Shown here piece after piece: positions 48,121-58,035 of a DNA stretch of 64,000 nucleotides; position 1 is the stretch's first letter, and each line of letters opens with the position of its first letter. The position numbers and the translations under genes are program-made. The stretch is from assembly GCA_965226495.1 (NCBI GenBank), contig OZ245365.1:2688001-2752000 (forward strand), read 5' to 3'. This stretch comes from Candidatus Marinacidobacterales bacterium. GTDB taxonomy: Bacteria > Acidobacteriota > Vicinamibacteria > Marinacidobacterales > DATDRI01. A model generated the notes under the pieces. The model did no database searches, was not told the DNA's origin, and worked only from the letters and a program-made list of their open reading frames with translations.

Positions 48121-49136
48121 CAAGTGGTTGCCTCAGAGACCCTCGCCGACGCCTCGCTCACACCAAGTGACTCCTGCTCGGCGAGCCACCGCTCCGAATC
48201 GATCGCTGCCATGCATCCCGTGCCTGCCGCTGTCACCGCCTGTCGGTAGGTCGGATCCATGGCGTCGCCACAAGCAAAGACGCCTTCCAACGAAGTGCGC
48301 GTGGTGCCCGGGGTGACTTTAATGTAACCGACGTCGTCGAGCTCCACCGCTCCGCGCAAGAGGTCGGTGTTCGGTTTGTGACCGATAGCCACGAAGAGCG
48401 CTCCCACTGCAAGCTCCGATTCCACGCTCGTCTTGAGGTTTTTGATGCGCAATCCGGTGACCTCATCTCCGCCCAAAACTTCGGTCACGACGCTATCCCA
48501 AAGAAACTCGACCTTCTCATTGCTCTTGCCGCGTTCCTGCATGATCTTCGACGCTCGAAGCTGGTCACGACGATGAATGACCGTCACCTTCGTGGCGTAA
48601 CGGCTAAGGAACAGTGCCTCTTCCAACGCGGTGTCGCCTCCGCCGACCACCGCCATCTCTTTGTTCCGATAGAGCGCGCCGTCGCACGTGGCACAGGCAG
48701 AGACGCCTCGATTCTGAAGGCGCTCCTCGGATTCGAGACCCAACCACTTGGCCGTCGCTCCAGTGGCGATGATGAGTGCGTCGCAAGTGAATGTCCCCTC
48801 TCCGCTCTCTACGCGAAAAGGCCTGCTTGAGACGTCACACGATGTCGCGTCGGTGTACAAGACTTCGGTGCCGAAACGCTCGGCTTGCTTGCGAAAGTGG
48901 TCCATCATGTCTGGACCGGTAACCCCGTCCGGAAAGCCGGGGTAGTTTTCCACGTCGGTCGTTAACATCAGCTGGCCGCCGGGAATGCCTATTTCTTTGT
49001 CCATCCCCGAGCCCGCGAGCATTACCGGTTTGAGGTCGGCTCGCGAGGCGTAGATCGCCGCCGTATAACCCCCGGGACCACTGCCCACGATCAAGACACG
49101 CACGTGCCTCGCTTCCTTGGAACCCTGCTCGCTCAT
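48120..49136 (-). CDS. trxB: Thioredoxin reductase
   Basis: GSGPGG, CATCDG, GGGDTA, YRQAVTAAGTGC. Confidence 0.96.
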   Translation of the reverse strand: MSEQGSKEARHVRVLIVGSGPGGYTAAIYASRADLKPVMLAGSGMDKEIGIPGGQLMLTTDVENYPGFPDGVTGPDMMDHFRKQAERFGTEVLYTDATSCDVSSRPFRVESGEGTFTCDALIIATGATAKWLGLESEERLQNRGVSACATCDGALYRNKEMAVVGGGDTALEEALFLSRYATKVTVIHRRDQLRASKIMQERGKSNEKVEFLWDSVVTEVLGGDEVTGLRIKNLKTSVESELAVGALFVAIGHKPNTDLLRGAVELDDVGYIKVTPGTTRTSLEGVFACGDAMDPTYRQAVTAAGTGCMAAIDSERWLAEQESLGVSEASARVSEATT

Positions 49137-49172
49137 GCTTTCCCTAGTTTCTCCCGTGCTGAAACACTGCGT

Positions 49173-49502
49173 CTAGGCCAAATGTTTGTCAATGAGCTTG
49201 GCAAGATTCTCCTTCGACGTGACACCAACCACTTGCTCGGCGACTTCGCCATTCTTGAAAATGAGCACGGTCGGAATGCCTTTGATCTGGTACTTGCCCG
49301 AGACAGAGTTGTTCTCGTCGACGTTCAACTTACCCACCTTGGCCTTGCCTTCGTACTCGGCGGCCAAAGCATCGATCGTAGGGGCCATCATGCGACACGG
49401 GGCGCACCATTCGGCCCAAAAGTCCACCAGGACGGGCGTGTCAGAACCCAAGACCTCGCTGTCCCATGTGCTGTCGGTAAAAGCGGCAACTTTGTCACTC
49501 AT
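49173..49502 (-). CDS. trxA: Thioredoxin
   Basis: VDFWAEWCAPC. Confidence 0.95.
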   Translation of the reverse strand: MSDKVAAFTDSTWDSEVLGSDTPVLVDFWAEWCAPCRMMAPTIDALAAEYEGKAKVGKLNVDENNSVSGKYQIKGIPTVLIFKNGEVAEQVVGVTSKENLAKLIDKHLA

Positions 49503-49704
49503 CTTCTATATGTCCTCGTTCTAACTCGCTTGGAGCATCCAATAGTGGCGTACCTAACAAAGGATATCGCAAACGCCCGATACAAACGTGTGAACTGATT
49601 CACCGATGTGGTCTTTCGACTCGGACCCGGATCTTCTCAAGCTAACAAACAGCTCAAGCGAAGTCAACCCAGCGGGTACCGTACGGAAGTGCTATCCTCT
49701 TGAA

Positions 49705-50568
49705 ATGATAGGACCTAGCCGATCGCCTCGTCGCTTCCAAGCGAGCCATTCCCGAGGCCAAAGCTTCCTTCGAGACAAGGGCGTCGTCGAGCGTATCGTT
49801 GAGGCGATCGACCCGCACTCCGACCAGACGTTTCTGGAAATCGGCGCGGGTGCCGGGGAGCTCACCCTCCCCCTGGCGTCCCGGGGCGCCGCTCGAGTGC
49901 TCGCCATCGAAACCGACCGCATTCTTTTCGAGAAGCTTGCCTCGATGTTACAAAAGGATGGGAAATCGCCGGAGGTCGGAGAAGATGTCGAGCTCATCCA
50001 CGCCGACTTCCTCAAGCTCGATCTGCAGAAGTTGTTGTCAGAGCGTGGGATCGGGCGGGTGCGGGTAGTCGGAAACCTCCCCTTTTCGGTCGCCTCCCCC
50101 ATCCTGTTCAAGCTCCTTGCCCATCGAGAGCGGCTCGTCGACCTCACATTGATGTTTCAACTCGAGGTTGCCCAACGCCTGACCGCGGTGCCGGCAACGA
50201 AGGCCTACGGTTTCCTGACCGTCGTGGCCCAGCAGGCTGCGAAGACGGAGCTCCTATTCACGATCCCGCCCCATGCCTTCAAACCGCGGCCGAAAGTCCA
50301 CGCCGCCATCGTGAAGTTCGTGCCGCTCGGCAAGGATGAGTCGCCGGTTGGCGACTACGAAGTCTTTCGGACTGTCGTGCGTGGCCTTCTGACCCACCGC
50401 CGCAAGAATATCTCCAATAATATCAAATACTTGGGCTCTCAGCTCGTAAGTGCGTCCTCGATCCACAGCGGGCTCTCCGGAATGGGTATCGACCCAAGTC
50501 GACGGGCCGAAACCCTTTCAGTAGAAGAATTTGCCGCTCTCAGCCACTTTTGCGCTTCTCCGCAATAG
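49705..50568 (+). CDS. rsmA: 16S rRNA dimethyladenosine transferase
   Basis: GQSFL, EIGAGAG, GNLPF, MFQLEVA, RRAETLS. Confidence 0.93.
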   Translation: MIGPSRSPRRFQASHSRGQSFLRDKGVVERIVEAIDPHSDQTFLEIGAGAGELTLPLASRGAARVLAIETDRILFEKLASMLQKDGKSPEVGEDVELIHADFLKLDLQKLLSERGIGRVRVVGNLPFSVASPILFKLLAHRERLVDLTLMFQLEVAQRLTAVPATKAYGFLTVVAQQAAKTELLFTIPPHAFKPRPKVHAAIVKFVPLGKDESPVGDYEVFRTVVRGLLTHRRKNISNNIKYLGSQLVSASSIHSGLSGMGIDPSRRAETLSVEEFAALSHFCASPQ

Positions 50569-50661
50569 GATGTTCTGCTAGTATTGAAGTGGTTTCTTAG
50601 CTCCAAGCGGCTAACTCCTTATCACCAAATGGTGTGCTGGGTTACCCTCAGGTGACGATCC

Positions 50662-52329
50662 GTGACTGAATCTGTGCGCCCTCCACTAGAAATCGTCCCC
50701 CTCGGCGGGTTGGGCGAGTTCGGCCTCAACATGATGGTCATCGGCATCGGGGACACGTGTTTCGTGGTGGACGTCGGTGTGATGTTCCCGGACAGCGAAT
50801 TGCTGGGCGTGGACTTGGTCATTCCTGACATGTCGTACGTTTTCAAGAACAAAGACCGGATCAAAGCTATCTTCTTGACCCATGGGCATGAGGACCACAT
50901 CGGAGCGCTCCCCTACCTACTGAGAGAGATGCAAGTGCCGGTCTACGGCTCGCGGCTAACGCTAGGCATGTGCCGGCACCGGCTCGAGGAGCACAAGCTT
51001 GCGGATCGAGTTGAGCTCAACACCGTAGCGCCTGGCGAGAGCCGGACTATCGGGCCGTTTCAGATCAATTTCATACGCGTCTCGCACAGCTTGGCGGACA
51101 GTATGGCACTCGCCATCGAAACTCCGTACGGCCGCATTATTCACACCGGTGATTTCAAATTCGATCAGTCGCCGGTCGTCGGTGAACCCATCGATATGCA
51201 CCGCTTGGCCGCCTATGGAGAACAAGGCGTGATGGCGCTACTCTCCGACTCGACCAACGCCGAAGTGTCCGGGTATACCGGCTCGGAGAAAGACGTCACC
51301 GACGCCTTCCAAGAGATCATCAGCCGAACGGCTTTCCGCGTCTTCGTCGCATGCTTCACCTCGAGCACCCACCGGATCCAATTGGCCATCAACCTGGCCG
51401 CCAAGTACGGACGCAAAGTCGCGCTGCTGGGGCGGAGCATGTCGCAGAACGTGAACACCGCGATAGATCTCGGCTACTTGCGGGTACCGGGCGATCTTCT
51501 CATTCGCCCTGCCGACATCCCGAAGACACCCCGCAATAAACTTCTCGTCCTGACCGCCGGTAGCCAGGGCGAGCCTTTGTCGGCGCTTTCCCAAATCGCA
51601 ATCGATAACCACAAGCATGCGGCCATCGAACCCGGAGATGCGGTGATCCTTTCGGCACGCGTCATTCCCGGAAACGAGCGCGCGGTGTCTCGCGTGATTA
51701 ATCACTTGTACCGGCGGGGAGCGGAAATCGTCCAACCCTCGGCGGCCAAAGTGCACGTGTCTGGCCACGGAAGTGCCGAGGAACTCAAGCTCATGTTGAA
51801 CTTGGTGCGTCCACGCCACTTCATCCCGATTCACGGCGAGTGGCGCCAATTGGTTTCGCACGCGCGCATTGCCGAAGGCCTGGGCATTCCGCCCGAACGA
51901 ATTCACGTGGCCGAAGACGGGGACGTCATCGCCTTCGATGAGCAAGGGGGGCGCATTTCCCGCAAGGAGACAACGGGCCGAGTGTTCGTCGACGGAACGG
52001 GGCTCGGCGACGTCGGCGACATCGTCCTCCGGGATCGACAGCATCTATCTGAAGGAGGCATCGTCATTCCGGTAGTTTCCATCAACAAACAAAGCGGGCG
52101 CGTCGAGACCCCGCCCGAGATCATCACTCGCGGTTTTCTAGCAGGAGAAGATGACTCGCTCCTCGACGAGGTCAGAGATCTGGTCATCGCCACGGTGGAG
52201 GGGTCCCCCGTCGAAGAGGTCGCCGACTGGGGACTCATCAAGGACAAAATTCAAACCGAGCTCCGACGATTCTTCAGGAAACGCACGCAGCGTCGCCCGA
52301 TGATTCTCCCGGTTGTGATGGAGGGATAG
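50662..52329 (+). CDS. rnj: Ribonuclease J
   Basis: PLGGLGEFG, THGHEDHIG, HVSGH, PIHGE. Confidence 0.96.
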   Translation: MTESVRPPLEIVPLGGLGEFGLNMMVIGIGDTCFVVDVGVMFPDSELLGVDLVIPDMSYVFKNKDRIKAIFLTHGHEDHIGALPYLLREMQVPVYGSRLTLGMCRHRLEEHKLADRVELNTVAPGESRTIGPFQINFIRVSHSLADSMALAIETPYGRIIHTGDFKFDQSPVVGEPIDMHRLAAYGEQGVMALLSDSTNAEVSGYTGSEKDVTDAFQEIISRTAFRVFVACFTSSTHRIQLAINLAAKYGRKVALLGRSMSQNVNTAIDLGYLRVPGDLLIRPADIPKTPRNKLLVLTAGSQGEPLSALSQIAIDNHKHAAIEPGDAVILSARVIPGNERAVSRVINHLYRRGAEIVQPSAAKVHVSGHGSAEELKLMLNLVRPRHFIPIHGEWRQLVSHARIAEGLGIPPERIHVAEDGDVIAFDEQGGRISRKETTGRVFVDGTGLGDVGDIVLRDRQHLSEGGIVIPVVSINKQSGRVETPPEIITRGFLAGEDDSLLDEVRDLVIATVEGSPVEEVADWGLIKDKIQTELRRFFRKRTQRRPMILPVVMEG

Positions 52330-52330
52330 A

Positions 52331-53131
52331 TTGAGTCTCTACGCCGCCATCTTGCTGGGGCTGATTCAGGGACTCACGGAGTTCCTCCCCATTTCCAGCT
52401 CGGGCCATCTTGCGGTCGCCCAGCATTTCCTCCCCGGATTCAGCCAACCAGGGCTACTTTTTGATATTGTGTTGCATCTGGGAACATTGCTCGCGGTACT
52501 CATTTACTTCCGGCGGGAGGTGGTTCTGCTCGTACGGTCTCTCGCGCCGGGGGAAGGCGGCACCGTATGGCGCCGCCTGTGGGTCATGCTGATCGTGGGA
52601 ACGATACCCGCCGTCATCGGGGGCCTCCTCTTGGGCGGCCTGGTGGAGCGAAGTTTCGAGCAGCTTTGGGTGGTGGGCCTCGGCCTCATCATCACCGGAA
52701 CGCTCGTGCTCGGCTCCCGGGCGTTCGCGCGCGAGGGGCGGGACCTCGCCGAACTCGACGTCCGGGACGCGCTGACGGTTGGTCTTCTCCAGAGTGCGGC
52801 TTTGGTGCCTGGGATCTCTCGCTCCGGTTCAACGATCGTCGGAGGATTGATGCGCGGTCTCTCGCATGACGCGGCGGCGCGGTTTTCTTTTCTTCTTGCC
52901 ATACCGGCGATCCTCGGGGCCACCGCTTACAACCTCCCCAGAGTCAGTTTTCTCGAATCGGGCGCGGTGGCCGGCTATGTCGCCGGTTTTGCCACTGCCT
53001 TTGTGGTCGGTTACTTTTGCATCGGTGTCGTCTTTCGGCTTTTAGCCATCAGGCGTTTCTATCTCCTGGGCTACTACTGCTTGACGGCAGGAGGGGCGGT
53101 CCTTGTCTACGTCACGTTCACTTTATCGTAA
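52331..53131 (+). CDS. uppP: Undecaprenyl-diphosphatase
   Basis: QGLTEFLPISSSGH, PGISRSG. Confidence 0.95.
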   Translation: MSLYAAILLGLIQGLTEFLPISSSGHLAVAQHFLPGFSQPGLLFDIVLHLGTLLAVLIYFRREVVLLVRSLAPGEGGTVWRRLWVMLIVGTIPAVIGGLLLGGLVERSFEQLWVVGLGLIITGTLVLGSRAFAREGRDLAELDVRDALTVGLLQSAALVPGISRSGSTIVGGLMRGLSHDAAARFSFLLAIPAILGATAYNLPRVSFLESGAVAGYVAGFATAFVVGYFCIGVVFRLLAIRRFYLLGYYCLTAGGAVLVYVTFTLS

Positions 53132-53153
53132 AGCAGCCGAAGTAGAGCGTTCT

Positions 53154-55355
53154 GTGCACCGCGAACGTCTTTCGGAAGTCATCGGGGTTTGTCTGCTCGC
53201 CCTTTCGTTGATGGTGGGAGTCAGCCTCATGTCGTACTCCCCCGGAGATCCATCCTGGTACTTCAAGGAAACTTCCCGGCTTACGACCGAGAACCTGATC
53301 GGGCCGGCAGGCGCGTTCCTCTCGGAGGCGCTCTTTCAACTGCTGGGACTCGCTGCCTATAGCGTCGTGGTCCTCCTCGCGGTGGCGGGGTGGAACAGAT
53401 TCTGGTGCCACAAGACAGACGCCGGTTGGTCGAAGAACTTCGGGCTCGTGAGCACAGTGCTGAGCCTCGCCGGTCTTCTCGCCCTCTCGCTCCAAGAAGT
53501 GCCTCTCAAGGGCGTCCTCCTTCCGGCAGGGGGTGCGATCGGACATCTCCTCGCGGCATATCTCTCGTATGCGCTCGGCGAAGGCGGCGCGTTCATTCTA
53601 CTCGTCACGACACTCTTCGCCGCAATCATGGTGGCCACTCGTTGGTCACTCAGTCAGGGCGTGAAGCGCATCTCCGCATGGCAGCGTGCCAAGGCGGCGG
53701 ACTTGATCACCGCGTTTGCCCATTTCCGTGAGCGCAAACGGAAGGAAACACTTCGGAATCAGGTCGTCAAGAAACACGCGCGCCGCGCGCTCGATGCGGC
53801 GAAGGGCAAGCCTAAGCCCAAAGACGACGCCGTCGCTCGTGTCGAACAAGCCAAAGCCAAGAACAAACAAGAGATGCTGCCCTTCACGCCCAAGAAGGGT
53901 CGTTGGAACATGCCTCCGTATTCGATCCTCGAGGCGCGCCCGGAAGAAACAAAGCTCGATGACAAAGAGCTCATGGAACGGGCCAAATTACTCCAAGAGC
54001 GTTGTCGGGAGTTCTCGGTCGACGGACAAGTACTCCAGATACATCCGGGCCCGGTCGTCACGACGTTCGAGTTCAAACCGGACGCAGGGATCAAGTACAA
54101 CAAGATCACCGCCCTTGCGGATGATCTCTGCCTCGCGCTGCAGGCCGAATCGGTCCGCATCGATCGCATCTCTGGAAAATCCACGGTCGGAATAGAAATC
54201 CCCAACCCCAATCGAGAGGTCATCGGTCTGCGAGAGCTCCTAGAGTCGGAGGTCTTTCAGGCGAGCGCCTCACGCCTCACTGTTGCGCTGGGTAAGGGAA
54301 TCGATGGTGCCTCCAACGTCAGCGATCTCACGCGTATGCCACATCTACTCATCGCCGGCGCAACCGGCAGTGGCAAGTCGGTGCTCCTGAACGCCTTGAT
54401 CTGCTCCATCCTCTACAAGTCGAGCCCGGACGAAGTGAAGTTGATCTTGATCGATCCGAAACGGCTCGAGCTGGGCTCGTACCAGGATATCCCCCACTTA
54501 CTGACTCCCGTGGTCACCGATCCCAAGCAAGCGAGCGAGGTCCTCAAGTGGGCCGTCTTCGAGATGGAGAATCGGATCAAGATGCTCGCCTCGGAAGGGG
54601 TGCGAAACATCGACCAATACAACAACATCCTGAAGGGAGCCATCGAAGCCGGAGAGACCAAGGAAGACCAGGACGGTGACCCGCTTCGTCCGCTGCCCTA
54701 CATCATGTTGATCATCGACGAGCTGGCCGACCTTATGATGGTCTCCTCTTCGGACGTCGAAGACTCCATCACCCGTCTCGCCCAGATGGCGCGGGCGGTC
54801 GGTATCCACTTGGTATTGGCCACGCAGCGTCCTTCGGTAGACGTGATTACCGGGATCATTAAGGCCAACTTCCCGTCTCGAATCGCCTTCCGGATGCCTT
54901 CACGAGTCGACTCCCGGACCATCCTCGATGCCAATGGCGCCGAGCAGCTTCTCGGAAAAGGCGACATGCTCTTCTTGCCCCCCGGCTCGGCACGCCTTAG
55001 TCGCTTGCACGGGGCGTATGTATCCGAGGCCGAGGTCGGGCGACTCGTCTCCTTCTGGAGAAAAGCAGGCAAGCCCGAGTACAATCTCACCATATTGCAG
55101 GAGCAGGAAAGAGCCGCACTGGGTGACAGCCAGAGAGACGAGCTCTTCGATCAAGCGGCGAGGCTGGTCTTGGAGTCCGGCGTCGCCTCTGTCTCCCACC
55201 TACAACGGAGACTTCGACTGGGGTATAGCCGGGCAGCCCGAATCGTCGATATGCTCGAAGCGGATGGGATCGTGGGCCCGCCCGAAGGGTCGAAAGCGCG
55301 GGAGATACTAGTTCCCAAGGATTACTTCGATGAGGTGGATCAACAACTCCGCTAG
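53154..55355 (+). CDS. ftsK: DNA translocase FtsK (start approximate)
   Basis: N-terminal 4TM region, PHLLIAGATGSGKS, ATQRPS, gamma domain LQRRLRLGYSRAAR. Confidence 0.96.
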   Translation: MHRERLSEVIGVCLLALSLMVGVSLMSYSPGDPSWYFKETSRLTTENLIGPAGAFLSEALFQLLGLAAYSVVVLLAVAGWNRFWCHKTDAGWSKNFGLVSTVLSLAGLLALSLQEVPLKGVLLPAGGAIGHLLAAYLSYALGEGGAFILLVTTLFAAIMVATRWSLSQGVKRISAWQRAKAADLITAFAHFRERKRKETLRNQVVKKHARRALDAAKGKPKPKDDAVARVEQAKAKNKQEMLPFTPKKGRWNMPPYSILEARPEETKLDDKELMERAKLLQERCREFSVDGQVLQIHPGPVVTTFEFKPDAGIKYNKITALADDLCLALQAESVRIDRISGKSTVGIEIPNPNREVIGLRELLESEVFQASASRLTVALGKGIDGASNVSDLTRMPHLLIAGATGSGKSVLLNALICSILYKSSPDEVKLILIDPKRLELGSYQDIPHLLTPVVTDPKQASEVLKWAVFEMENRIKMLASEGVRNIDQYNNILKGAIEAGETKEDQDGDPLRPLPYIMLIIDELADLMMVSSSDVEDSITRLAQMARAVGIHLVLATQRPSVDVITGIIKANFPSRIAFRMPSRVDSRTILDANGAEQLLGKGDMLFLPPGSARLSRLHGAYVSEAEVGRLVSFWRKAGKPEYNLTILQEQERAALGDSQRDELFDQAARLVLESGVASVSHLQRRLRLGYSRAARIVDMLEADGIVGPPEGSKAREILVPKDYFDEVDQQLR

Positions 55356-57165
55356 CCCGACGCTGGTCGTCGCGGTTTTCGTGATGGTGCTGTCTGCTGT
55401 TGGTGCTTCGCCAGCAACGATCGCTGCCGAGAAGACCGCCCAGGCCCTCTACGACGAAGCTGTCGCGGCAGAAAAGAAGCTCGCCTCTTCCAAGGACTTG
55501 CAAGCGAAAAAGGATGTCTGGCTCAGGGTCGCGCGGCGGTACCAGCAAGTCGTACTGAGCCATCCACGGAGCGGCTATTGTGATGATGCCCTCTACCGCG
55601 AAGGCGAGCTCTACCGAAAAGCCGGCAGTCGCTTTCGCGATCGAGATGCGACCCGCCGGGCCTTGGACGCCTACCTTCTTTTGGTAAACGGCTACCCGCG
55701 GAGCAAATGGTGCCCCGCGGCCCGATTAGCTCGCGCCGACATCTATCTCAATCAGCTCTCGAACGAGAAGGTGGCCCGCAAAGAAATCGGGGAGGTTCTC
55801 GATGAGTGGCCCAAGAGCAACGAGGCCGCGGAAGCCAGGCGGACCCTGGCCAAGCTCGACAAAAAAAATGAGCCTCCCACCAAACCTGCGTCCGGCTCGG
55901 GCCGGGTCGAGGTTCGGAACATCCGGCAATGGTCTGGAAAGGAATACACGCGGATCGTCATCGATACTTCCGACGAAGTGAAGTTCAAGCGCGCGCGCCT
56001 GACGAATCCCGATCGTATCTACTTCGACCTCTTGAATACGCGCTTGTCGGAGAGCCTTGCTTCGGAGACGTTCCCTGTGGGGGGAGACGGCTTCCTCCAA
56101 CGGATTCGTGTGGGACAGAACAAGCCAGACGTGGTTCGCGTGGTCTTGGACTTCGAAAGCATCAGCCGCTACAACGCCTTCTCTCTGCCGGACCCGCATC
56201 GTCTGGTGGTCGATATCTTGGGGATGAAGCCCGAGAAAGTTACGCGCACCCCAACCGTGGCTTCCAAGCCGCCGGCTGCCCCTACGACCTCAACCGGTCC
56301 CAAAGCCACCGAAGCAAGCGGACCTTCCACCGGACCTCCACCGGTGGCACCAGTGACCGCCGATGCCACGCCGCCGGCCAACACGACTCTGCCGCTACCG
56401 CCCGAACCGACCTCCGAAGGTCGCTTTCCCCTATCTAGACAGTTGGGACTCCAGGCGCGGCGGGTGATCATCGATCCGGGGCACGGCGGCCACGATCCGG
56501 GCGCGATGAAGAACGGCCTGCGCGAAAAAGAGCTCGTGCTAGACATCTCGCGGCGAGTCGCCAAGTTCTTGGAAGCGGACGGAAGCTACGAAGTGATCCT
56601 GACCCGTAACACCGACGTCTACGTTCCTCTCGAGGAACGTACTGCGATCGCCAACTCCCGTGGGGCTGACCTCTTCATCTCCATTCATGCGAATTCCAGC
56701 CGGAACAAGCGAGCTCGAGGCCTAGAAACCTATTATCTAAACCTCGCTACCTCCCCCGAGGCCGAAGAAACCGCGGCGCGCGAGAACGCCATCAGCACCC
56801 GACGCATGGCGGAGCTCCAGGAGCTCTTGAGCCAGATCATGAACAACAGCAAGATCGCCGAGTCGCGAGAGTTCGCGAACGCCGTTCAGGATTCGATGGT
56901 GGACGCGGTGGTGACGAACCGCAATTACGGGACGCGTGATTTAGGGGTCAAGACCGCGCCGTTTTACGTCTTGCTCGGCGCCAACATGCCTAGCGTATTG
57001 GTAGAAGTTTCCTTCGTTTCTAACCCGGATGACGCCAAGCTCCTCTCATCGGGTGACTTTCGTCACCAAATCGCCGAGTCGATCGTGAGGGGAATCCAGG
57101 GCTACACGACGTCGCTGAAAGGCGTGGCTCATGTTTCCGCGAGCCCGCCAGCGGGCAGAAAATAG
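55330..57165 (+). CDS. N-acetylmuramoyl-L-alanine amidase (TPR + AMIN + Amidase_3)
   Basis: IDPGHGGHDPGA, SIHANS, LVEVSF. Confidence 0.92.
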   Translation: MRWINNSASPTLVVAVFVMVLSAVGASPATIAAEKTAQALYDEAVAAEKKLASSKDLQAKKDVWLRVARRYQQVVLSHPRSGYCDDALYREGELYRKAGSRFRDRDATRRALDAYLLLVNGYPRSKWCPAARLARADIYLNQLSNEKVARKEIGEVLDEWPKSNEAAEARRTLAKLDKKNEPPTKPASGSGRVEVRNIRQWSGKEYTRIVIDTSDEVKFKRARLTNPDRIYFDLLNTRLSESLASETFPVGGDGFLQRIRVGQNKPDVVRVVLDFESISRYNAFSLPDPHRLVVDILGMKPEKVTRTPTVASKPPAAPTTSTGPKATEASGPSTGPPPVAPVTADATPPANTTLPLPPEPTSEGRFPLSRQLGLQARRVIIDPGHGGHDPGAMKNGLREKELVLDISRRVAKFLEADGSYEVILTRNTDVYVPLEERTAIANSRGADLFISIHANSSRNKRARGLETYYLNLATSPEAEETAARENAISTRRMAELQELLSQIMNNSKIAESREFANAVQDSMVDAVVTNRNYGTRDLGVKTAPFYVLLGANMPSVLVEVSFVSNPDDAKLLSSGDFRHQIAESIVRGIQGYTTSLKGVAHVSASPPAGRK

Positions 57166-57192
57166 TTGAACGTGTGGGGCCCCACGCCCCAA

Positions 57193-57438
57193 TCAGCTCA
57201 TCAACTTCAAAGAAATATACGGCACGAAATTGAGCACGAGGATTGCGATCTTGTATTGTGCCAAGTATTGAAAGTATGCGCGTGATAGATCCGCGTCGCT
57301 TAACTCAAACATTTTCCCATGAATTTTTGACATTCCGCCACGCATGAAAGCTAGCATAATCGATGCAACCATCAGCATTCCAAAATTGATGGCAATGCAC
57401 CATCCCAAGAATGTAGTGAGTGTTTCTATTGAGTTCAT
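57193..57438 (-). CDS. Small AT-rich membrane protein (DUF6868-like)
   Basis: FLGWCIAINFG...YLAQYKIAILVLNFVPYISL; GGAG RBS. Confidence 0.75.
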   Translation of the reverse strand: MNSIETLTTFLGWCIAINFGMLMVASIMLAFMRGGMSKIHGKMFELSDADLSRAYFQYLAQYKIAILVLNFVPYISLKLMS

Positions 57439-57549
57439 TCTATGACTCCTCCCGGTTCATTATATTGCTATCCCCCTTCCCGCCGGCCGGAGAGCCCGCC
57501 GGCCGGGAGGAATTGGCGCACGCCAAGGGAACCCGGCCGTGGTTTCCCA

Positions 57550-57577
57550 GCGCGTGGGGGTGGGGCCCCGCGCGCAC
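57550..57577. repeat. REP-like GCGCGTGGGGGTGGGGCCCCGCGCGC palindrome
   Basis: Inverted relative of 57171-57190; similar to 1851-1868. Confidence 0.6.
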
Positions 57578-57614
57578 TAAATTTGACGCATCTCGGCCCG
57601 AGCGTTAGCATGAC

Positions 57615-57920
57615 TTGATGACGTCCCACCTCCTTAGTCTTGCCGTCTGGCTTCAACAGAAACAAGGCGGCGTCACCTTCATCGACTTGAAGGACCCGGA
57701 CCCCGGGCCGAGCTTGGCCTGGGTCATACTGACCACGTTCACTGCGATCGGCGTGGCGCTTCTCGTGGCAATCGCATTCGGGGCCGGATTCGGCCTCTTG
57801 CGCATCTGGGCTCAAAAGCGATTTCCCAACAATCGACTGAACGGCATCGCGGTCGAGCAGCTAACGTTCCTCCACCTCGGTCAGGACGAGCCGGAAGAAA
57901 ACGGTTCTGCTTCTCAGTAG
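57615..57920 (+). CDS. Hypothetical single-TM protein
   Basis: 101-aa ORF with a hydrophobic core. Confidence 0.55.
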   Translation: MMTSHLLSLAVWLQQKQGGVTFIDLKDPDPGPSLAWVILTTFTAIGVALLVAIAFGAGFGLLRIWAQKRFPNNRLNGIAVEQLTFLHLGQDEPEENGSASQ

Positions 57921-58027
57921 CCCTCACCCCGTCCCTCTCCCAGAGGGAGAGGGAGTAACGGAAGAAGAGACGATCGTTACCCTCACCCCGGCCCTCTCCC
58001 AGAGGGAGAGGGAGTAACGGAAGAAGA
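57921..58027. repeat. Tandem REP-like pair CCCTCACCCCG(T/G)CCCTCTCCCAGAGGGAGAGGGAGTAACGGAAGAAGA
   Basis: Copies at 57921 and 57980 (59-bp period) between convergent genes. Confidence 0.9.
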
Positions 58028-58035
58028 AACTATCT

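Noticed and set aside
57921-58027. Tandem 48-bp repeat as a mini-CRISPR
   Set aside because: Only two copies with an 11-bp linker; the linker is conserved in the copy at 61706; typical REP-like hairpin
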